NCBI GenBank assembly: GCA_963844945.1 | Contig: CAWJQZ010000033.1 | Location: 75,680 to 139,679 of the forward strand | Reading direction: 5' to 3' | Origin: an uncultured Chloroflexia bacterium | GTDB taxonomy: Bacteria > Chloroflexota > Limnocylindria > Limnocylindrales > CSP1-4 | Length of the DNA: 64,000 nt | Part shown: in pieces, positions 48,845-59,903 of the stretch | Layout of the letters: every line of letters starts with the position of its first letter | Position numbering within the stretch: position 1 is the first letter of the stretch | Made by a program: the position numbers and the translations under genes | Notes under the pieces: model-generated | Seen by the model: the letters and a program-made list of their open reading frames with translations, nothing else | What the model was told of the DNA's origin: nothing | The model's database searches: none

Positions 48845-49346
48845 TCAGTCGTCGGCGGCGGCCCCGATCTCGAAGTGGCCCACGTCCGCGCCACCCTCAT
48901 CCACGCCCTTCGGCCGCCGGAACCAGACGATCGCCGAGAGGATGAACCGGACGATCAGCGTGACGAAGTACGTCGCGCACCAGATGCAGATCGCGTCGAT
49001 GACGAAGAGCTCGAGGTACGTGAAGTAGGTCTCGAAGATGACGCCGACGAGCGACCCGACGTAGTGCGCCGCGAGCAGCCACGTGTAGCCCGTCCGCCAC
49101 CACGCGAGCGCGGCGCGTCATGAGGAAGAGCGAGAGCATCACGCCGAAGACGGCGACGGGGATCCCGTTGATCCGGCTGTACGGGCTCGACGCGACCGTC
49201 TCGCACCCGTGCAGCGGCCCGCAGACGGGCGTGCCGCCGCCCACCTCCACGACCGCAAGGTAGCTCGCGATGCAGAGCCCGAGGAAGTCGAGGCTCGCAA
49301 GGATGAGGGCGGGGTGGATGTGGCGTATGCGCTGTCCGAGGGTCAT
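48845..49346 (-). pseudogene. Vitamin K epoxide reductase (VKOR)-family disulfide oxidoreductase with one frame switch near 49110
   Basis: ORF 48897..49346 gives LILASLDFLGLCIASYLAVVEVGGGTPVCGPLHGCETVASSPYSRINGIPVAVFGV, containing the loop Cys pair. My translation of the next frame gives ALAWWRTGYTWLLAAHYVGSLVGVIFETYFTYLELFVIDAICIWCATYFVTLIV... with the CxxC active site, ending at TGA 48847-48845. Confidence 0.75.
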
Positions 49347-49407
49347 GCGACGATGATGCCCGAGGGCGCGGAATCACGCATGCGGCCACAGGTCCCGGAA
49401 CGGGGGG

Positions 49408-50967
49408 TCAGCGGACCCGGACGAAGATCCATGGGGCGGCGCCCGGCCGGTTCGCCGGGCCGCGGCCCGTCACGGCGGAGATCGCCCAGAGGCCGGGGAG
49501 CACGAAGCGCCGCGTGTACGTGACCACGCCGGAGGCCGGCGCCGTCACCGTCTTCGTCGTCCGCAGCTTCCACTTCCCGTCGGTCCACTGGTACATCCGG
49601 AAGGCCACCTTCACGCCGGCGGCACGCGGCTGGAGCTTGAACGTCCACGTCACCGTCCGGCCCCAGGACACCGTCCACTTCGACCTTCGACGGGGAGGCA
49701 CTGAGCGCGAACCGGACGGCGACCGTCGCCGGGCGAGCTCGTCGCGGCGCGGCAGCCCGTCCGCGCCGGACCAGAGCGCGCGGTAGCTCGTCGTGTGCGC
49801 CGGCTTCACCGTGAGGGTGGCGGCGCCGAAACGGTCGGTGGTGACGGACCCGACCGGGGTCCACGCGTCCGCGTCGACGACCTTGCCCTCGATGGTCAGC
49901 GTCCTGCCCTCGCCGCCCTCCGGGAACGCGATCGAGAGCGTCGCGGCTGCCGGGTAGGTGATCGTCGAAGGCGTGCGGGTGATCCGCGGGACGGCCGCGC
50001 CGGGCGGCGGGCTGTCCGTCGGCCCGGGCGTGCCGCTCGGCACGGGCGTGGCGGTGGGGCCGGGTGTCGCCGTCGGGCCGGGGGTCCCGCTCGGCTCGGG
50101 CGTGGGTGAGGCGCTCGGCGCGGGGTCGCCGTGGGGGTGGGGGTGGGCGACGGGGTCGGCGACGGGGTCCCGCCGGGCGGCTGAGCCGTGGGGAACGAGA
50201 CGATGAAGTAGTCGGTCCGCCCGGACGTCAGGCCGGCCGCGTCCGCGCGGATGCGGTAGCCGTTCGCGACACGGCTGATCGCGCAGCCGTCGAAGGTCGC
50301 GACGCCGGCGACCGCCTTCCGGTGGACGCCCTCGAAGCACGTGATCAGCGCGCCGAGGCCGTCGGGCGGCACCTCGAGGTTCAGCATGACCTCCGGCGTC
50401 GCGTCGGTGAGGTTGCCGAACTCGTCGCGGACGGAGACCACGGGCTGCGGCGAGAACGGCTTCCCGACGGTGGCGCCGGCCGGCGTCGAGGCGAACGTGA
50501 GGTGGTCCGGCTTCGCCGGGATCACCTCGATGGGGTCGGAGACACCCGACATCTTCACGGGGTCCGTGGAGCTGACGGTCACGGTCTGCTCGCCGGACGT
50601 CCGGAACTCGACCGTGAAGAAGTGCTGCCCCTGGTCCTTCCCCTCGCCCGAGCCGGTGAACGTGTACGGCGGAGGGAGGACGGCCTTCGGGTCCGAGCTC
50701 GTGAAGCGCACCGTGCCCGGTGTACGCGGTCCACGGAACGCCGGCGATGGCGTCGTTCGGCGTGACGAGGAAGGTCACCTCGGCCCCGGCCGGCGGCGTG
50801 TCCTCGCATTTCAGGCAGAAGCGGGTGACCGTGAACCAGGCCGCCGGCAGGGAGGCCGCGCGGACGCCGCCCGCCCGGGGTGCCGCGGACGCCGCAGCCT
50901 GCGGGGCGCCGCCGAGGAGGCCGCCACCGGCGACCACCAGCGCCGCCGCGAGAGCGACCGCGGGCAT
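49408..50967 (-). pseudogene. Secreted multi-domain Ig-like protein, paralogue 2 of 47218..48630, with at least 3 frame switches
   Basis: Internal ATG 50967 gives MPAVALAAALVVAGGGLLGG.... CLKCEDTPPAGAEVTFLVTPND is in the 49408..51045 frame. The middle (FTSSDPKAVLPPPYTFTGSGEGKDQGQHFFTVEFRTSGEQTVTV...ITCFEG...FDGCAI) is in ORF 49896..50711. The PT-rich linker and C-terminal domains return to the first frame. The protein is colinear with paralogue 1. Confidence 0.7.
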
Positions 50968-51123
50968 GAGATGAGGTCGGGACCGCGTCACGCGGCCCCG
51001 GAGCGAACCTGCGAGCACGGCGCCAATGGTAGCGTCGTGCGGCAAGGAGCGGCCGCGGGAAGCATCCGGACGAGGCGCGCAGCCGGCCCGCCGCGCCGGT
51101 CGGACGTCGTGACGGTCGACGCG

Positions 51124-53547
51124 TCAGTCGGGTGCGCCGCCCTGGGCGAACGCCCGCGCCGTCTCGGCGAGCGCGTGGAGCCGGGCTTCCACGGCGGCGT
51201 TGACCGATGCCGGCGTCCATGCCCCGGCCCTGCCCCGCCGCCCCGCCGGCCGCCCCGTGAGGACCGTGAGCGCCTCGTCCACCGTCGAGACCGGCCAGAC
51301 GTGGAACCGGCCCGCCGCGACGGCGGCGACGACATCGCGGCGGAGCATGAGGTCGGTGCGGTTCGCGGCCGGGATCACGACGCCCTGGACGCCCGTGAGG
51401 TCGCGGATCGCGCACGCGTCGAAGAAGCCCTCGACCTTCTCGTTCACCCCGCCGACCGGCTGGACCTCGCCGCGCTGGTCGACCGAGCCGGTCACCGCGA
51501 GCGACTGGAGGACCGGGACCTCGCCGAGCGCCGAGAGGAGTGCGATGAGCTCCGCGAGCGAGGCGCTGTCGCCCTCCACGCCGCCGTACGACTGCTCGAA
51601 GACGAGGCTCGCATGGAGCGACAGCGGCTCGTCGGGGAGGTACCGCCAGCCCAGGAACCCGGTGAGGATGAGCACGCCCTTCGAGTGGATCGGCCCGCCG
51701 AGGTCCACCTCCCGCTCGATGTCCACGATGTCGCCCGAACCGAGGCGGACGGCGGCGGTGATCCGGCTCGGCAGCCCGAAGGCCTGGTCGCCCGTCAGCA
51801 CGACCGAGAGGCCGTTGACCTGACCGATGGCCGTCCCGGACGTCTCGACGAGGAGCGTCCCCCGCTCCACCGCCTCGAGCAGCCGGTCGCGCGCCCGGCC
51901 CGCACGCCGGCGCCGTCCCGCGAGGGCGGCGTCCACGTCGGCCACGGTCGCCACGTCGCGGCCCGCCCCGGCCGCGAGGTGGTCGGTCTCGTGGATGAGG
52001 TCGGAGAAGGTCCGCATGTGCGCCGAGATCCGTTCCTGGTCGGATGCGAGCCGCGAGCCCTCCTCGATGAGCCGCGCGACCGCCGCCGCGTCGAGCGGCC
52101 GGAGGCCCTCGCGCCGCGCGAGGGTGGCGACGAGCCGCGCGTAGATCGCCGCGTTCTCCGGGGTCCGCGGCACGTCCTCCTCGAAGTCGGCCGCGACCTT
52201 GAAGAGCTCGAGGAAGTCCGGGTCGGCTGCCGCGAGGAGCCCATACACCTGGCGGTCCCCGACGAGCGCGACCTTCACGTCGAGCGGGATCGGCTCCGGC
52301 TCCAGGGTCACGGTGCTCACGAGCCCGAGCAGCTGGGCCGGCGAGCCGATGCGGATCTCCTTCGTGCGCAGGGCGCGCTTCAGGCCCTCCCACGCCAGCG
52401 GCTGCTGGAGGACCTTGAGCGCCTCGAGGATCAGGTAGCCGCCGTTCGCCCGGTGGAGCGCGCCGGGGCGGATGAGGTGGAAGTCGGTCGTCAGCGCGCC
52501 GAGGGTGGAGACGTACTCGACCCGGCCGACGAGGTCGGGGTAGGCCGGGTCGTCGCCGATGACGACGGGTGCCGCGGTCGTGGACGCATGGTCCACCAGC
52601 AGGTTGACCTCGTACCTGCGTGTCGAGCCCACCTCGGAGGCGAACGACCGGAGCATCGCCGGCAGCTCCCCCTCCTGCGCCGTGGTGGCGGCGACGAGGA
52701 CGCCGGCGTTCTCCACGACGTCCGCCTGGACGCGGTCGAGGTGCGCCAGGACGTCCGGCAGGTCCGCCATCGACGCTCGCGGGTCCTCGAGCAGGTGCCC
52801 GACGGTCCGCAGGGCCGTCTCGCGCTCGAGGTCGCGCACCTTCGCGCGCTGCTCGCGCTCCCACCGCGGGAAGCGGTGCACGACCTCCTCGACGCGCCCC
52901 TCGTGGACCTCCATCACGGCGCGGATCCGCGCCTGCTCGTCGTCGGGCAGCTTGTGGAACTGCTCCGCGGACATCGGCTCGCCGTCGCGGAGCGGGACGC
53001 AGCCGACGCCGACCGGCGTCCGCACCACCGCGATCCCGTCCGCGCGCGCCGCCTGGTCCACGGCTTCGAGGGCCTTCTCGCGGCGCTCCTTCAGCGCGTC
53101 GTCCAGCGCCTCGCGCCGGCTGCGGAACCGCTCGTCCTCGAAGGCGCTCGAGAGGGCCGTGCGCAGGTCGGCGGCGAACCGGGCCATCTCGTCGCGCAGG
53201 ACGATCCCGCGCCCGGCCGGCAGGCGGAGCGCACGCGGCCGCTGCGGCGCGTCCGGGTCGAGGACGTAGCACCAGTCATGCGGCGGCGGACGGGTCGCCG
53301 CGATCCGGCCGATGTACGTGCGGAGCGTCGTCAGCTTGCCGGTCCCGGTCGGGCCGAGCGCGAAGACGTTGTACCCATCGTCGAGCATCCCGGTCGCGAA
53401 GGCGATCGCCTCCACGGCCCGCTCCTGGCCGACGATGTCGTCGAGGTCGGGGAGCTCGGCCGTGGTCGCGAAGCCGAGCGTCGCCGGGTCCGTCTCACGG
53501 TAGAGGTCCGGCGCGGTCAGCTCGCGGACGGTCGGACGTGCGCCCAT
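51124..53547 (-). CDS. Lon-like ATP-dependent protease, LonC type (AAA+ module with a long helical insertion, plus a Ser-Lys protease domain)
   Basis: Intact ORF of 807 aa. It has Walker A FALGPTGTGKLT, a ~200-aa helical insert, and a C-terminal Lon protease domain with GGVEGDSASLAELIALLSAL (catalytic Ser) and VGGVNEKVEGF (Lys). Confidence 0.9.
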   Translation of the reverse strand: MGARPTVRELTAPDLYRETDPATLGFATTAELPDLDDIVGQERAVEAIAFATGMLDDGYNVFALGPTGTGKLTTLRTYIGRIAATRPPPHDWCYVLDPDAPQRPRALRLPAGRGIVLRDEMARFAADLRTALSSAFEDERFRSRREALDDALKERREKALEAVDQAARADGIAVVRTPVGVGCVPLRDGEPMSAEQFHKLPDDEQARIRAVMEVHEGRVEEVVHRFPRWEREQRAKVRDLERETALRTVGHLLEDPRASMADLPDVLAHLDRVQADVVENAGVLVAATTAQEGELPAMLRSFASEVGSTRRYEVNLLVDHASTTAAPVVIGDDPAYPDLVGRVEYVSTLGALTTDFHLIRPGALHRANGGYLILEALKVLQQPLAWEGLKRALRTKEIRIGSPAQLLGLVSTVTLEPEPIPLDVKVALVGDRQVYGLLAAADPDFLELFKVAADFEEDVPRTPENAAIYARLVATLARREGLRPLDAAAVARLIEEGSRLASDQERISAHMRTFSDLIHETDHLAAGAGRDVATVADVDAALAGRRRRAGRARDRLLEAVERGTLLVETSGTAIGQVNGLSVVLTGDQAFGLPSRITAAVRLGSGDIVDIEREVDLGGPIHSKGVLILTGFLGWRYLPDEPLSLHASLVFEQSYGGVEGDSASLAELIALLSALGEVPVLQSLAVTGSVDQRGEVQPVGGVNEKVEGFFDACAIRDLTGVQGVVIPAANRTDLMLRRDVVAAVAAGRFHVWPVSTVDEALTVLTGRPAGRRGRAGAWTPASVNAAVEARLHALAETARAFAQGGAPD

Positions 53548-53673
53548 GTGGCCACCTCCACCGTCAGCGTAGGCGCGCGGCGCGGGCGGGGCACAGCGCC
53601 GAACGTCCCGTTGGCGGTGGCCGTGGGTCGGCGGCGGTGCGGGAAGGCGCCGGGTGCGCGGGCGGACCCGCGA

Positions 53674-56600
53674 TCAGATGCCCGCGGCCTCCCGCAGGGC
53701 GTCGAGGCGGTACCCGGCCGACTCGGCAGCCTCGGTGAGCGACCGCGACACGTCCGTCGCGGCGATCGCGGCTTGCCGACCCGCGGCGACGTCCGGCTCG
53801 CCCGGCCGCGCGGCGGCCCGGACCGCGTCCAGGACCCCGCTCCAGCCGAGCAGCTCCTCGAACGCCTCCTGCTCGAACCAGGCGACGCCCTCCCAGCGGT
53901 TCACGCGGATGTACCGGCGGAGATCGTCGTCGGACGAGCCAGGCGGCGAGAAGCGCACGCGCGCCGGCGGGCCCGCCGTCCGCGGCCGCAGGGCCCGCCG
54001 GGGGTGTCGCCGGAGCGGACGCGACGGGTCGCGCCGCAGCGGACGCTGTCGGCTCCGCGCCGGCGGCGTCCGCGTCGGCCCGCGGCGAGCCGACCGTCGG
54101 GAGGCGGACGAGGAGCCGCGACAGGTCGGCCGCGCGCCACGCCTCGCTCTCGTCGAGTCCCACGCCGCGGAAGATCCCCGCGAGCGCCCCGCCGAGCCGG
54201 AGCTCGTCGAGCCACGCGCGGCTCGTGAGGGTGGGGTCCGTGCCGGGGGCGAGCTCGCCCATCCGCCGCGTCACCAGCCACCCGAGCAGCGCGGCCCACG
54301 CCGGACGGTCGCCGGCGAGGAGGCGGTCCGCGACGGCACGCGCGGGGATCGGCGCGCCGATGGCGGCCTCGTCGCCCGCGTCCGCCGCCGCGTCACCGGC
54401 CGTTGTGGCCGGGGCCGTCGCGGGCACGGGGCGTTCCGGTGCAGGCACGGCTGCCACGGCCGCGGCGGTCGCTTCGTCGCCGGCCGCCGCGGCGCCCGGC
54501 TCGCCCAGGTCGCGCAGGCGGAGGATCGCGGCGAGGTCGTCCCCGACCCGCGCGGCGATCGCGCCGGCATCGCCCGGCGTCCCGGTCGCGTCGCGGACGA
54601 CGCCGAGGAACGCGTCCACGCGGCCGGCGGCCTCTGCCCGCAGGCCGGAGGCATCGCCCTCGGAGGCCCCGCGCCGGTGGCCGCGGCGACGATCCGCCGG
54701 AGGAGGTCGCCCTCGGCGAGGCGGCGGAGCGCGTCGTGGACGGGCTGCAGCTGGAGCTCGCGGAGTGCCTCGTCGATGCTCGGCACGCCCGCTCCGCCGA
54801 GGCGGGCGGCGAGACGGCCGTACTGCCCGGCCGGCCCGTCCGCGACCTCGCGGATGTCGATGAGCACCTGCCGGCCGTAGGCGCCCAGGCGGACCTCGAG
54901 CCCGCGCTCGGCGAGCTCGCGGCTCGAGCGGATGTGCTCGAGCCCGGTGACGACGTCGCGCATCACCGTGTACCAGCCGTCCTCGCGCCGGAGGTCGAGC
55001 CCGTGGGCGAGGTCGCGCTGGATGACCGCCTTCGAGCCGTCCGGGCGCTTCTCGGCGAAGCCCACGCTCGTGCGGATCCAGCCCGTGCGCGTCCGCGTAC
55101 TGGTTGTTGTAGACGATGAGCGCACGATCGCGGCCCACCCGGTTCGAGTACGCGAAGACGTCCTCGTTCACGTGGCCGTCGTCGGTCATCACGTCGTACA
55201 GGAGGAAGTCGTCCACGCCGGCGAACAGCCAGCGACGGTGCAGGAGCGGGAAGATCTCGCGCTCGTGCCGGTCCACGAGCCACCCGTCGGGCGTCTCGTC
55301 GTGGTACGCGCGGCGGTACTCCATGCCGTACTTCTCGGCGAACCCCTCCACCTGGCCGTGCCCGAACATCGGCAGGCCCGGCAGGGTGGCCATGAGCGTG
55401 GCGACGCCGAAGTACTTGTCGCCCTTCCCGAACTGCTCGACCGCGGTCTTCTCGTCCGGGTTGTTCATGAAGTTCACGTACCGCCGGAGGATCTCCGGGT
55501 CGAACTCGAGCGTGTTCTTCATGACGAGGCGGTACCCGCCGTTGTCCTCGTCGCGGAGCATGTGCATGAACGCGCTGTTGTAGACGCGGTGCATGCCGAG
55601 CGTCCGGACGAAGTAGCCCTCCATCAGCCAGAAGGCCTCGGCGAGCAGGAGCGTGTCCGGGACCTCGGCGGCGACGCGGTCCACGACCTCGCGCCAGAAC
55701 TCCTCGGGGATCGCGGCGTCGAACGCGGCGCGCGACATGGCGTGCTCGGCGCGGGACGCGATCGCCCCGCCGTGCCCGGGCTCGGGGAACCAGAGGCGCT
55801 GGATGTGCTTCTTCGCGAGCGTCATCGCGGCGTCGAACCGGATGACCGGGAAGCGGCGGGCGACGTCGAGGATCGTCTGGATGACCGCCTCGCGCACCTC
55901 GGCCTTCAGGTAGTCGAGCTGCGCGGTGTCGTTCCACGGCATGCTCGTGCCGTCGTTGCCGTGGTAGATGTACCGGGTCTCGCCGCTCCACCGTGTCGCG
56001 GCGCTGGAAGACGACGGCCGCGTCGCTCCGGTCCCAGTAGTGGTCCTCGAGGCGGACCTCGACCCGATCGTCGGGCGAGAGGTCGGTCCCCGTGAACGAG
56101 TAGGCCGGGTAGGGCGGGTACGGGAGCGAGAGGAACCGGTCCGGGTGCTCGATCACCCAGGTCGAGTCGATGCCCATGTGGTTGGGGACCATGTCCGACG
56201 CGAGGCGGATCCCGCGCGCGCCAGGCGCGCTCGCGCAGGTTCTCGTACGCCCACTCGCCGCCGAGGTCGTCGGCGATCCGGTAGTCGCGGAGGCTGTACG
56301 CGGAGGCGACCGCCTCCGGGTTCCCCATCATCCGCTTGATGCGTGCGGACGCCTCGCTCCGCTCCCAGAGGCCGATGAGCCAGAGCCCGGTGATCCCGCG
56401 GCGGGCGAGGAGGTCGAGCTCCTCGTCCGGGATCGCGTCGAGCGTCCGGATGTCGCGCGAGTAGGCGCGCGAGAGCTGGTCGAGCCAGACGTACGTGCTC
56501 TTCGCCATGAGGACGAGGCGCGGCATCCAGTCCTTGTCCGCGCTGAACCGCTCGGGCTCGTCGTAGGCGCCCGCGGCCCCGAAGCCGCGGAGCGCGGCCG

Positions 56601-57402
56601 AGTCCGCCCCGCCGCCCGCCGTCGCCGTGCGCGGACATCCACCGGAGCCACGCGGCCCGCTCCTCCTCGGAGAGGACGTCGAGCGTCACCACGAGGCGGT
56701 CGAGGTACCGGCCGAGCAGCAGGCCCCAGCGATCGCGGATGAACCGGAGCTGGCCCGCGAGCGAGTCCGGCGAGGCGATCGCCGGGGCGCGGAGCATCTC
56801 GAGGAGCGGCTGGCCGTCCGGCCCGAAGGGCGGCTTGGCGCGGAAGTGGTCGGCGACGGCGTCGAAGACCTCGCTCGTACGCCGTCTCCGCGGCGAGGGC
56901 GCGGTCGTCGAAGAGCTCGCGGAACGGCCCGAATGCGGGGTTGAGGTTCGCGAGCCGCAGGAGCGTCATCTCCTCGAGGACGACGGCGCGGTTCGGGATC
57001 CCGTCGGTCGTCCCGTCGAGGTAGGCGACCGGGTCCACCTCGCCGCGATGGACGGCGAGCGCCGGGTACGCGGCGGAGAAGGCGAGAAGCGTCGCGTCGA
57101 CCTGCTGCTCCCCGACGCGCCCGCGCGCGGCGGCGAGCGCGCCGTTCATCGCCTCGGCGTCGCGCGTCTCGCGGTACATCGCACACGACGACGTGGAGGA
57201 TCTCGTCCACCAGCCCCATCGCGTTCAGGTCGCCGGCCTGGACCGGCGGCGCGCCCGGGTCGCGCGCCGCGTTCATCGCGGCGGCGAGGCGCCGCGTCGC
57301 CGGGAAGTCCGGCAGCAGGACGTTCCCCGTCACGGAGAAGAGGGAGGCGTCGACGCGGTAGCGCTCGCGGGCGGCGCGCGAGACGTGGAATTCCATCGGC
57401 AT
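53674..57402 (-). pseudogene. Large (~1240 aa) GH13 alpha-amylase-family protein with long N- and C-terminal uncharacterised regions and at least 8 frame switches
   Basis: The gene must be assembled from ORFs 56686..57402, 56328..57179, 56153..56797, 55906..56526, 54963..56192, 53564..55942, 54271..55125 and 53674..53958 (all minus). GH13 regions are present: GITGLWLIGLWERS, DMVPNHMGIDS (region I), VIRFDAAMTL (II), LLLAEAFWLMEGYF (III) and YVNFMNNPDE (IV-like). Confidence 0.8.
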
Positions 57403-57474
57403 GCGGCGAGGATACCGCCTCGGGGGCCGCCGGCCGAGGCCGAAGCGCGGCCGGGGACGCCCGGAGCCGACGAC

Positions 57475-58228
57475 TCAGACGGCGGGCGAGCGCAGGAGGA
57501 CGCCGATCGCGTAGCCGGCGAGCGCGGAGAGCAGGCCGATGACCGCCATCTGGATGGCGGCGCGGTACGGGCGGCCGCCGGAGACGCGCGCCCGGTAGAG
57601 CCCGACCCCCACGAGGACGGCGGTCGCGAGCGCGAGCGCGGCCCACGGGGCGACGGTCACCGGGAGGAAGAGGAACGGGATGAGCGGGATGGCGGACCCC
57701 GAGAGCGTCGAGACGCCGACGATCGCCGCGGCCGCGACCGGGTGGTACTCGCTCATCGGGGCGAGGTCGCGGCGAACGCTCGCGACCTCCTCCTCCCACG
57801 CCGCGGCCTCGTCCGAGAGCGCCTCGCGGACCACGGACCCCTCCGCGCCCCGGGCCTCCGCCTCGGCTGTGACGGCGGCGTGGCGCGCCTGGGCGCGCGT
57901 CCGGATGCCGGCGAACACCGTCGCGGCGACGAGCTGCGTGCGCTCGCGCTCCGCGCCGGCGGACGTGTACGCGACGCCCGGCCATCGCGATGGACTCGGC
58001 GAGCATCGCGGCGAGCCCGGCCGTGATCACGACCCGTGGGTCGCCGGTGGCGGCGGACATGCCGAGCGCGAGGCCCAGGACGTTCACGAGGCCGTCCTGG
58101 CCGCCGAGGATGATGTCGCGGAGCGGGACCGCCGGGCGCGGCCGGGGGCCGCGCGTCGCGGCGAGGGGGACGCGCGGGGCCTCTGTGGGCGGGGCGGAGG
58201 TGATCGGCACGGGCGCAGGGTACGACAT
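57475..58228 (-). pseudogene. VIT1/CCC1-family iron/manganese transporter with one frame switch near 57975
   Basis: ATG 58228 gives MSYPAPV...LRDIILGGQDGLVNVLGLALGMSAATGDPRVVITAGLAAMLAESIAMAG (57146..58369 frame). ORF 57475..57918 then supplies the cytoplasmic helix region and the C-terminal TM helices (PVAAAAIVGVSTLSGSAIPLIPFLFL...). Confidence 0.8.
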
Positions 58229-58352
58229 GGGCGCGGCGGAGCGGGCCGCCGGCCCGGGCACGACCCCGGCTTGCAGACCGCGGTGGGCGCCGCGACACTG
58301 ACGGAGGCCCGCGGGTGCCCGGCGGACGGCACCGCGGCCGAGGGAGGACCCA

Positions 58353-59733
58353 GTGACCACGCACGACACGCCGACGCTCGACCGCGGCCGCCTCGCGCGG
58401 CTGACGGAGCGCGAGAACGCGCGCTTCGCCGACGCGCACCGCCGATCGGGCGAGCTCTTCAGCCGCCGCGCGCGGCCCGCTCCTCGACGGCGTCCCGATG
58501 AACTGGATGGTGAAGTGGGCCGGGCCTCATCCGGTCTTCGTGGACCACGCCGAAGGCGCGCGCTTCTGGGACGTCGACGGGAACGAGTACGCGGACTTCT
58601 GCCTCGGCGACACCGGCGCGATGGCCGGGCACTCCCCTGCCCCGACCGTGGAGGCCGTCCGTCGCCAGGTCGCGCGCGGGATCACGACGATGCTCCCCAC
58701 GGAGGACGCGATCGCGGTCGGCGAGGAGCTGCAGAGGCGGTTCGGCCTCCGGTACTGGCAGTTCACGATCACCGCCACGGATGCGAACCGGTTCGCGCTG
58801 CGGCTCGCGCGGATGCTCACGGGCCGGCCGAAGGTCCTCGTCCACGACCACTGCTATCACGGGTCCGTGGACGAGTCGCTCGCGACGCTCGGCGCGGACG
58901 GGCCTGGTCCATCCGCGCCACGGGAACATCGGGCCGCAGGTGGATCCGGCGGTCACCACGAAGGTCGTGGAGTTCAACGACGTCGAGGCGCTGGAGCGGG
59001 CGCTGGCCCCCGGCGACGTCGCGGCCGTGCTCATCGAGCCGGCCCTCACGAACGTCGGGATCATCCTCCCCGACCCCGGGTATCACGACGCCGTGCGCGA
59101 GATCACGCGCCGGACCGGGACGATCCTGATCATCGACGAGACCCACACGATCAGCGCGGGCCCGGGCGGGATGACGGCCGCGTACGGCCTCCAGCCGGAC
59201 ATGCTCACGATCGGCAAGTCGATCGGCGGCGGGATCCCCGTGGGGACGTACGGGATGAGCGAGGAGCTCGGCGCGCGCGTCTCGGCCGTCGATCCCGATC
59301 GAGGACTCCGACGTGGGCGGGATCGGAGGGACGCTCGCCGGCTACGCTCTCTCGCTCGCGGCCGTCCGCGCGACCCTGGGCGAGGTCCTCACGCCCGAGG
59401 CGTACGCGCACACGATCCCGCTCGCCGAACGGTGGGAGGCCGGGGTCCGGCGCGCGATCGAGGCGCGGGACGTCCCGTGGTACGTCACGCGGCTCGGCTG
59501 CCGCGCCGAGTACCACTTCCTCCCGAGCCGAGGCACGGACGGGGCGCGAGCACTCGGAGGCGAACGACTTCGAGCTCGAGCGCTTCCTCCACCTGCACGC
59601 GCTCAACCGCGGGATCCTCCTCACGCCCTTCCACAACATGGCGCTGATGTGCCCGGCGACGACCGCCGACCAGGTGGACCACCACACCCGGTGCTTCGAG
59701 GAGGCCATCGAGGACCTCTTCGGGGAGGGGTAG
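58353..59733 (+). pseudogene. Class III (PLP-dependent) aminotransferase, glutamate-1-semialdehyde aminomutase-like, with about 4 frame switches
   Basis: GTG 58353 follows GGGAGGA. Pieces lie in four ORFs: 58353 (LDRGRLARLTERENARFADAHRRSGELF), 58498 (VFVDHAEGARFWDVDGNEYADFCLGDTGAM...), 58781 (AAVLIEPALTNVGIILPDPGYHDAVREITRRTGTILIIDETHT...LTIGKSIGGGIPVG, with the PLP Lys) and 59313 (GGTLAGYALSLAAVRATL). The gene then returns to the 58498 frame for the C-terminus. Confidence 0.8.
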
Positions 59734-59903
59734 CAGCGGTCCGTGGCGGCGTCGGGCGCGCGACCTTCGGCCCTACCGCCGGCAGCGGGACCCCACGAGA
59801 GTCGTGGCGACGGGCCGCGCACCGGGCAGGGCCGGCGAGGGTGTTCGAGTCCTCGCGGCGGAAGACCCGTCGGAGAGGTTCGCGTCCCGCGGGGGGTTCC
59901 GCG

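Noticed and set aside
51124-53547. The Lon-like protease as a BREX BrxL-type or other phage-defence component.
   Set aside because: No methyltransferase, PglZ, BrxA/B/C or other defence genes are adjacent. The architecture, an AAA+ module with a long helical insertion, fits housekeeping LonC-type proteases.
50341-54228. A very long plus-strand ORF (1295 aa), and similar long ORFs antisense to real genes (e.g. 10674..12479 minus, 5334..6881 minus, 15208..16890 minus, 34395..36401 minus).
   Set aside because: Their translations are Arg/Pro/Gly/Asp-rich with no recognisable motifs. They lie exactly opposite well-supported genes (lon, fucI, ABC ATPase, ada/alkA, acyl-CoA synthetase). These are typical shadow ORFs in stop-codon-poor high-GC DNA.
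59833-59850. A tRNA T-arm-like string GGTGTTCGAGTCCTCGC in the intergenic region before the serpin, and GGTTCGCGTCC a little further on.
   Set aside because: The flanking bases do not form a 5-bp T stem around a 7-nt loop. No acceptor, D or anticodon arms could be built. I found no tRNA in the window.
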